A program made the position numbers and the translations under genes. From Octopus sinensis (Eukaryota): DNA of 64,000 nucleotides. The stretch lies in the NCBI RefSeq assembly GCF_006345805.1, contig NC_043001.1:85312001-85376000 (forward strand), read 5' to 3'. Below the pieces are notes generated by a model that saw only the letters and a list, made by a program, of their open reading frames with translations, had not been told where the DNA came from and made no database searches. This document shows, one piece after another, positions 54,801 to 64,000 of the stretch (positions are counted from its first letter, which is position 1; each line of letters starts with the position of its first letter).

Positions 54801-56408
54801 AAGTGTTATGCCACATTTTAAAGTGGTAATGAATATTGAACCCTTATAGAAAGCCTCCTACCCGACGTTGTAATAAACCCTTCTGTCAACTAATGTATCT
54901 TTATTGGATGAGTAATTGGCTCATCCTTCATTAATAATTCTTTTACTACTTAATTAAAGATGATTTGTGGCTAGATTTATAGAGTTATATATTTTTTTTA
55001 TTCTTTATTCATTAGTATTTCATTTAATAAAAAGTCGATGGTGGTGGTGGTGGTGGTGTCGATAGTAGTAGTGATGATGATTGTGATGATGGAGATGGGG
55101 GTGGAGGTGTCGATGACGAAAACGACGATGACGTCGACTGCGGTGGTGAGAAGAACTGCAATGTTGCTTCTATTTTTCATGCTAGTGATGATTGTGATTC
55201 TGTGAGACATTTGATATTATCTGCTTAAGAGGTTTGCGCCATCACAGCAAAGTTAACAGAACTTCCTTTAAAGAAATACTATCCTGAAATTCTTCCTGAT
55301 AGCATTTCCAAAATTTTGCGGTTTTGATTAATTTTCTCGAACGAACAGAGAACTTAGAAAATTGGTTAAAAAAACATAAATGGAAAAAAAAGGAAACGAA
55401 ACGAAACAAAGAAAGCAATTCAGGAAATATAAAACAAGGAAAAAAAACGAAATAAGGCAACAAACTGTAAAAAAAAAAACTCCCCCAAAACAAAATTCAG
55501 ACATTAATATTTTTATTGATTTTTTTCCATGGAGTCCATTTGCAAACCCTGACAGCTATTTTATAAAACAAATTAACTCTATTCAATCAATCAATACTGA
55601 CGATTTGCTGTGTGTTTGAGCTCTTTTGGAAATAGCAGAAATAAAAGAAAACATGTTATGTGGCTTCGCACTATTTCTAATAGAATGTCAAACTTTATGA
55701 CTTTATGGAAGCTCAGATTTAAGAAGTCGTTCATTGCAAGCTGAAGCGGTAAACACATATATCAAGTTGACATATTTATGGAAAATACGTTGTGTAAAAC
55801 TTCCATATCAAACATTCTCGTTGCATATATTGAATCTGCAGATGTTGAAAATTTACGATCGATGTCTCTTTTTATTTATGGCAAAGTGTAACGCGTATTC
55901 ATCTATCAGAGTTGTAAGATTATGATTAAATATTTTCATGTACCTTTCACACAAGGCATTCGATAAAATGTAAACCCATTCCTCCTTGCGTGATGACACC
56001 ACAGTCCGAGTTAAGAATAGATATGGAGCTCATATCTGCGATGCACTGTAGATATATTTTCAGTATCTATGTCGTGTAAAAGTATGTATGTTTAGCAAGA
56101 TATATCTAAGCTGCATTTGCATGTTATTTATCACTATATATTGTCTTTCTTTACTTAGATTTCGTTCTTATATGCTAATGATTTGCGTCCAACTGATAAA
56201 ACAGTGGGTAATATTTTTTTCTGTTTGTATACAGTGCACTTTGTGTAACAGACGCAACAAATTTGTAGTGAAAAGCTTTAGAAATTGACGTTGTATACTT
56301 TTGCGATGTGGGATATGTGATAACATATAGTAATGTTGATGGGTATAGTCACTTAATTATTTTCTTAGATAGTTGGGAGCTGAATGGCTTAATCTATTTA
56401 GAGGTTTA

Positions 56409-56440
<32 letters not shown>

Positions 56441-58397
56441 ACTTGCTTGCACAGATGCATACATGTTCTCTGAGAGGTATGAATCACAGATTGCTTTATA
56501 GCAATGTTAGGTATATGCTCTTAGATAGAACATATTTCTTTTGGTGCATTATGACATTCTTCTAATATCACTTTATCTGTGCATGTATACTTACCTGTTA
56601 TTCTAATCTTCAATTGATACCGCTCACACCTCATCCATACAGCATTAATGATATTCAGGTAGTTGTTTGTAAGTGTATTTGTTTGCGATTCTTTCCTCTA
56701 CTTTATTTAGAGAATTGACGCTAGTTGTTCGGTATTGTGTAATACAAAATGTGTATTATAAAATGTACATGCAAACCTGTTGTAAAGTAATGTTTCTCAG
56801 TTGCAAACCGCATTTGTCCGCAGTCAAAGATATTTACATGCAGTAAATGACTGAACCTTATGAAAGAGACTTATTCAAGGCTACTGAATTACAGACTCCT
56901 TATAGCATTGTATAAACTGTTTTGCGGTAATCGTTCTGGTTGAAATCCCACAGACGTCAACGTGGCATTTTTTCTTTCGGTGTCATAAATATCGTTGTCC
57001 TCCACCGAGGTCGCGTCTTCATTTTTTTTACCTCATTTATTTATTTATATATTTTGTCAGTATATTTTTCTCCTTCTGGAATAATTTAACTATGTTCAGA
57101 TCTGGGAAGGGATAGGCACTACCAGGTTATAAATTTGTGCAAGATACCTGCATATCGCGATGGTAACTCAATGACCCCATCATGGTATTCAAGGCGCATA
57201 ATAGGGATTGGCATGATAGGAAATTATTGCAAGGACCCGAAGGGAAGACAATGTTATATTGAACATATTTTGATCTCAAGGAATAAGGGAATCTTAACAT
57301 TTAGAAGCTACATTTTAGACTTCTATTCTTTGTGTTAGTCATCCCTCTCGTATTGCAAAAATAAGAATTCTTATGATTTCTGATTTAGGAACAAGGCTAG
57401 AATTGTTATGGCTAGGATAGATCGGTACCCAAACCTCGAATTTTCAACCACGAAACGATGAAAAGCAAAGCTGACATCGAACGAAATTGAACTCGGAATA
57501 TGAAAAGCGAGAACAACTACCGCAACGCTTCCTGACGCTTTAGAAGTTCTTCCACTACAACACTCTAGCAATATTTATAAGACTATGGATTTCATAGACT
57601 GACAACGACATATAAACCACTCAGAATTTATTCAGTCATTAATTCCTTTAAATCCACGCGGAACGTAGAGCTCTAACAAGAGATCTCCATATATTTTTAT
57701 CTTTGCCAATGGATTGTTGTTGTCCCAGTTATAGCCGCCAGCAAGTGCCATAGTTTTTGTTCAACTTTTCCGCGTTTTATTTTTCTATTACTATGCCACG
57801 CTTCCCTCACCTTTGGAAGGTTTTTATTTTACTAGAGGTTTCAAAATGAAGGAGCAGTTGTTTTGTGTCATAAGATAAATAACCTTTCTGAAAATTGTAA
57901 GATCGATATAGTTGATGTTGATCTTGAACATCACCACCTTGCTGATTACAGGTAAGAGGTTTGCGTAGTGTGAGTCCCACCCAACCCCATTTCCTCCTTA
58001 TATAGTAAGAATATTCCCAACACAAACTCCAGGATATTACTAGCATGCTTTACCCTCGTCTTAGGACAAAGTTACTGAGAGTTGAACTATGAAAACCCTG
58101 TATGAGGATATCACATATTTAAAAAGCAACATCTAAACGTTTCTAACAAGAATAATCCCATTGGCAATCCTGTGTATCAAAGAATAGCATAAATCAACAT
58201 GCAAGAAAAATCAGTAGCAAAAACGTCATATGTATGTTTAAAGAAAACAAATTTATTTCATGCTTCTTAAAATCTGAGATTAACTTGATTTCCAGAAAAG
58301 AAAAGTTAAGCATTGAGATGGTTTATTGATATTTATTCAAGATGTTATTGTTACAACAATAACAGTGAGAACTCTTTCAATATGTAACCTCACACGG

Positions 58398-58445
<48 letters not shown>

Positions 58446-58648
58446 TCTAGGATGTGTTCTGTTATTTTGTTCTATGAAACTTCACATTGTTATTTGCAGG
58501 AAATTGACGTTCATTCTGGAATTCCTTTTAAGGAAATTCCGTTTTGTTTCTTTCTTTGTTCGTTAATGACTCGATTAATTGGTTAATAATTATTGAGTTT
58601 TTCTATTTTATCTTTGTGACGTGTCATTGTTATTCATTTAGAATATTC

Positions 58649-58813
58649 TTAGAATTCAGTGCGGCACCTCTTTTTCAAATAGTGGCACATCTTGGGATGG
58701 TTCATCACACGGTTTCTCAGTGACATGAGTTTAGGATAAGAGCTGAGGAAGTTGGAGTCTTCCATCATTGGATTCTCAAGGGCGCAGTAGCACATCATGT
58801 CAGCCATGGTCAT
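58649..58813 (-). CDS. S-crystallin, final coding exon (second gene)
   Basis: TTTTATTTTGCAG acceptor, then [54 protein letters not shown]; 44/54 identical to the + strand exon. Confidence 0.95.
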   Translation of the reverse strand: MTMADMMCYCALENPMMEDSNFLSSYPKLMSLRNRVMNHPKMCHYLKKRCRTEF

Positions 58814-58847
58814 CTGCAAAATAAAATATTATTATTATTATTAGCAT

Positions 58848-58901
<54 letters not shown>

Positions 58902-59439
58902 CATCATTACTATCATTAAGACAACGAGCTGGCAGAAACCTTAGCACGCCGGGCGAAATGCTAAGCGGTATTTCGTCTGCCGCTACGTTTTGAGTTCAAA
59001 TTCAACATTGAATTAGTTCTTTCGGAGTCGATAAAAGAACTTCCAGTGGAATACAGAAGTTGATGCAATAGATTATAATTATTAATGTAATAGATTATTA
59101 TTATAAATGGAAGAAGTCATTATTATTATCCCCATTACTCAGTAGTCTTATATTTATCACGTGCTTTCACTGCACTATTAAAAGCAGCTTTTTGTACCTT
59201 GGTTCCGTGTGGTTTGTTTTAGTGTTGTTATTTTTACTGCATTAAAAATTCTTCACGTAGGATGTGTGCAGCGCTTAGCAGTACTATTTCCTGTGGGTTA
59301 TTTATATATTCATAAGTTTTGTTTCTTTGGTTATGTATTTGTCTATGATTATTGAGCATACCTAAAGTTCTTATTACTAAAAGGGTTGTTTCTGTCTTCA
59401 GACAAATACATAGTGAAAGAACAAAAACTTGTGAATATA

Positions 59440-60880
59440 CATTTGGCTTATTTGCACAGATGTTTGTATTTTGATAGTTTCTCCATTTCTTTTAAAGATA
59501 AATTCTCATGTGTTAGGACAGATATGTCGATTAGAAGGCGTTTTCCTCTTGGCGTCCCTGATAACAATACCCGGTCTATTACCCTTTATCTCCCAATCTA
59601 TGTATAAACAACATATCCTAGTTTATGGTTTCTGTGTCATCTTTTTACCTTATCTAGGATATGCCTACACGATCTTTTTCTTACTGCCATTCCATAGCGC
59701 TGACAGAACAGATTCTATAAGTCCCAAATCTGTCATATTTGTATCCTTTCTTGTCCTAGACTGTGCAGCCGGAGGCAATATGATTTACTGTTTCTTTCCC
59801 CATAACCACATATCTCGTGGTTACTCATTGCATTTTCATTTCATTATGTGTTTCTGATAGTTTCTGGTGGAGAGGCTTTGATCTTGTGGCCCAATTAAAA
59901 ACCCTTCAGTCTCTAATTTGGATCCCGAGTTTCTCATCCAGAGCTGGGATTTGACTTTCTCTATTTCTTTATGTTTAACTTATCCCCGTATTTGCCATGT
60001 AAGTGTTTTATTTCCCATCGATTTATAACGGTATTTAGTAATTCCAATTTATCTTAAATTTTAGGTGCTTTACAGCTTTTGTTGCTTCTTTTTCTTCACA
60101 GTTATCAGATACTATGTCTTCTTCCTTGCATTTTTCGGCTTTCTTGAAGACAGAAAAGAGTTTGTGCGCTATTTGTATCAGTCTTCTTTGGTTCTGAATT
60201 AGATATGTTTAGATTGGCTGGTTCACTTAGCGTCTAGTAAAGAATACTGTAGCTGTAGTTTATAACTGGGATAGCTAAAGTGTTCATTCGCATTTAGCTC
60301 CGTTTTAAGAACTAATCGAATTCGTCTATAATATTCCTTCCTTATATTTTTTTTCATTTGTACCCTATCTAGGTCAATGATTCCTAAGTATTAGAAAGTT
60401 TGATTGATTTTCTTTCACACTTTTTTCTAAATCGAATTTCATATTTATTTCTTAATTAAATCTGTGATCTGTATGTCGCAATGTTTCCAATTGTTTATCA
60501 TCTGCAGTATGTAGCTTGAGATCAACTATATACAAGATATCGTTGAGAGTATTACCAAAGCATTATATCTACACCCATATTAGCGTGTCGATTAAACTGG
60601 GGAAAGCGAGTCTCCTTGGAATATTCCTCTTCTAATGAGATTGATTTTGTTTTTTCTATAATTCCCTCCTGTTTATATTTCCCTCTTTTCTCTGTAGCTG
60701 CAAAACTGTTTGACGTTTATTAACGACATGTTTTATATATTCTATAATTGGCGTTACGTTTTTCATGGGTACAGTTTCTACGAACCTTGTAGGAGAATAC
60801 TGCCAAAAGCCTTCCGTAGTTAACCCGAAACATGCATAGGTTCAACCTCCCAAGCTAACCTGTCATATCTATCGACTTTC
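59440..60880 (-). mobile_element. Decayed, internally deleted R4/Dong-like LINE inside the last S-crystallin intron
   Basis: Minus fragments IRRGIFQGDSLSP, LYIVDLKL, YRRIRLVLKTELNA, NTLAIPVINYS, LETEGFLIGPQDQSL, CGYG/ETVNHIASGC, GNRPGIVI..LLIDIS, EKLSKYK. Confidence 0.85.
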
Positions 60881-61043
60881 CTTTCTTCCTTATCGCATAA
60901 CTTGTTGTTAGCTGGGCATGCTATATCTATGATCCACAGGAAAAGGTGTATATATTTGCCTATATATATTTGCATACGCATATTTTGCTATATATACACA
61001 CACACGCATATATATATACACATACATACACATATGTATATAT

Positions 61044-61090
<47 letters not shown>

Positions 61091-61584
61091 TATATATATA
61101 TATTTTCATATATTGTATACATATATGCATATAAATACATATATATATATATATAGGTATATATATATGTATATATATGTGTGTGTGTGTGTGTGTGCGT
61201 GTATGTATGTATATGTATATTATCGTATCTGGGGAGAGTCATTCTCCTTTAGTACCTTATTAATTTAACACACTCACCGGTCTGATTTCCATTCATTTAC
61301 TTCCTTGTTTTTAACTAAAAGTTTCGTTGTGTCTTGCGACCTTTTCAATAGTCGATCTATTAAAAAGGTTGCAAGACATAACGAAAATTTTAGTAAAAAC
61401 AAGGAAATAAATAAATGGAAATCAGACCGATGTGGGTCTTAAATTAATAACGCACTAAAAGAGAATTATTCACCCGGACACAATGAAATATGCTTCAACA
61501 CACGAATTCACATGAATCTTGCAAAAATTATACATGCACACACACACAATAATATCGAAGAAAATAAATTGAAAATTTACTTAC

Positions 61585-61692
61585 ATGATCACCCATGAAG
61601 AATTGGTTGCCACCGTTACGCATTTCCAGTGTTCTTTCCATGAAGGGAAGAATTCTTCTGCAGGTTTCTTGGAATCGCATACGCCTCTCAGA
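61585..61692 (-). CDS. S-crystallin, penultimate coding exon (second gene)
   Basis: AG|[36 protein letters not shown]|GTAAGT, phase 0-0, splices in frame to 58649-58813. Confidence 0.93.
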
Positions 61693-64000
61693 CTAATAAA
61701 ACGAAAAAAGCATAATAACATCAAACATTAAACCATTCAGCTCGTTCCTCGTTTTTCCCTTCCTTCCTTTCCACTTTTCTTTCATCCCGTTTTTTTCCTT
61801 CTTAAATTTATTTTGTTTATTCTATGAAACACATGTCAATGCGTACAACATTGCAGCTGCTCACATCATAGAACGATACTACTGTTAGACTTCAGCTTAT
61901 ATAGTTTCGGACTGTTGAAAGAGTTCCAGTGAAGGCCTCGAACAAAGCTTAGTGCCAGCAACCAGTCACGAACTGCCGAACCTCCAGCTGAGTGTTCAAT
62001 GTCATATCGACATGGCGTTCAGAGAGTCATTGGGTACATGAGGTAAATATAATTTATGTCGCCACACCGCACCAATAATCAACAATACGTTTGAGGGAAT
62101 TATCTCTGGATACGATTTTTCAGCCAAATGCACCCGAGGTATTGATTTTAAAATTTCCTATAAACTTAAATTATCCGCACTCTCAGTAAAAAAATAACAT
62201 TCTAGGAGTGTTTAGAATTAAAAACAAATGCAGCAGTCAAAGGATATGACTGGAATCTGATTCGGTTAACCATATTATTTAGAAAATAAAGGCGGTTTGA
62301 CTCCTGTTGCTATTTATATTGTTAGTTTATTTTTAAACGCATACAAGGAACGTTTGTGTACTAGTGACTTTGGTAATCCCTGTTAATCAAAGTTTTCAAT
62401 ACGAAATCCTACTCTATTGCGTTATTATATTCCTTCTCAATACATATAAACTAATCTTTTCTAACTCTAAGCCAACTGAGTGGAATATTTCCTACTGAGG
62501 AGCTTTCAATATGAGCGAAACATATCTGTTACTTTAATCCATTCCCTTTTGCATCGTCTTTATATTCTGAAGATTTACGTTGCTTGAGTTAATCAGATTT
62601 AGCTTCCAAACTGTTGTTTCTTTTTATATAGCACATATACATGTAATATGTTGCTTCCGCATAGCATGAATAAATAAATAACATTTTTAATTTCCTGTAA
62701 AATTTCTACTTTTATACTATTCTAAGTACGTTGCTCCGAAATATCGTTTTAGCATATTGTCATATACATCCATCCATCCATCTATCCATACATACAAACA
62801 TACGGATTTACCACACCAATATTTATTTCATTGTTATAAGTCATTGAAGTTTAACGATGAGTTAATAACTGAGCTATTAAATATAGTGGATATATTTCAT
62901 GGTGCTTATACTTAATTTTAATAAATGAAAGCAATCTCAGTTAATTGAAGTTTTTCGATACACTGAGTTACATACGTGGGATCTTACAGACTAAGAATGG
63001 GTTTGCTGAAGATTGACAAACTTTCCCAGTTTGTTAAATAATATCTATGGTCAGCAGTTAATTATATTATGAGGATCGCAATCACTGGTACCCAATAATA
63101 TGTCTTCTGACATTACATGAATCAATAACTTATCACATAACCATCATGTGTTGAATCTTAAGTACCGAAATCCTTTTGAGCACAAGGTCATCAGTCTTAG
63201 AAAGAGTGTGTAAGTCGATGTTACCGACACTAGTAGTAAACTGGTACTCGACTTTATCTTCACAAGGGGCAAAACTAACGTTGGCAACACTCCTCCTTGA
63301 AAAATAAGAAGCCTGACGAAATTCCACAGACCATTTTTCCGATGCTCCTAACGAATATTGAAGCTCGGCGCCTCGTTTAAATTCCATATATTAAAATGTA
63401 TTTCTAACTTCAATCTAGTAATTTTATGTCTTAATGAACTAACGACTTACAAGTTCAATCCGAACATTTTAGTGTAATCCAACTCCGCATAAATCTGTTA
63501 TGCTGCAATGTAATGCGGAATGTAATACTTCCAATTTACAGGCGAAGAATGCTGAAGATTGTCCTTTGAGATTAAATTTTAAATGAAAAGTTATATGAAT
63601 GAAAATACCACCGAACATTTGATGGATTTCTACGGTCCCTCATCAAACATATAGTATTAGAGAAAGGGACATTGATATTGCGACTGAGGTATTCTGAAGA
63701 AAATTTCAGAGGAAGTCGAAACTGGACTGCGGCTATGTTGTGTTAAGAGCTTAAATTTAGCTCAATAACGCTTTCTAGTTCAGGTTATAGTATATTAATG
63801 AATCCCTGTATGATTAATCTACTGAAGAGAGTAGATTAAAAGGCTGCCAGATTAAATGAGTACCTGCCATCATTTACGGCTGCTAATTTGCTATCTTGTT
63901 CAGTTCAAATACAGCTTAAATTGACGTTATCTTTGGTTCTTCCTGCTCGGACAAACCGTGTAACACAACCATGTCGGATATTATAAATTTAATTAAGAAT

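Noticed and set aside
55700-55760. Plus-strand LYGSSDL, like a GST helix-4 start
   Set aside because: No splice acceptor, and similarity ends after seven residues.
57150-57275. Minus-strand LPFGSLQ*FPIMPIPIMRLEY...YAG|GT, reminiscent of a GST exon
   Set aside because: Two stops, no matching acceptor phase and too little similarity to separate from chance.
63133-63387. 84-aa non-repetitive minus ORF in the S-crystallin intron
   Set aside because: The DNA aligns by eye to an old family A SINE (GTTAGGAGCATCGG...GAGTACCAGTT...ATCGACTTAC); it is not a crystallin exon.

Overview
AT-rich, microsatellite-dense animal DNA, almost certainly coleoid cephalopod and probably Octopus (inferred from S-crystallin exons and the repeat landscape). 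Host genes: the last exon of an S-crystallin on + (3343-3507) and the last two exons of a second, convergent S-crystallin on - (61585-61692, 58649-58813). Between them lies a third, strongly diverged S-crystallin/sigma-GST-like paralogue on -. Its first coding exon (38314-38470) is clear, has a 12-aa Gly-rich insertion and lacks the catalytic Tyr. Its downstream exon remnants carry in-frame stops, so it is probably a pseudogene. The rest is mobile DNA: three different Penelope-like elements (two nearly intact from RT to GIY-YIG), all next to (TA)n tracts; hammerhead-ribozyme motifs; a decayed Tc1/mariner; two MITEs; R4/Dong-like and RTE LINE fragments; and many tRNA-derived SINEs. Unusual structures include a five-copy ATTGG-N9-TGATGACGTC array plus TATA box in a PLE 3' region, 184-bp SINE multimers, a perfect 154-bp-arm palindrome, a template-switch inversion and an ~893-bp tandem duplication. 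Most ORFs in the supplied track are microsatellite or SINE artefacts. No rRNA, true tRNA or CRISPR array was seen. All homology calls are by eye from remembered family motifs; no database search was run.
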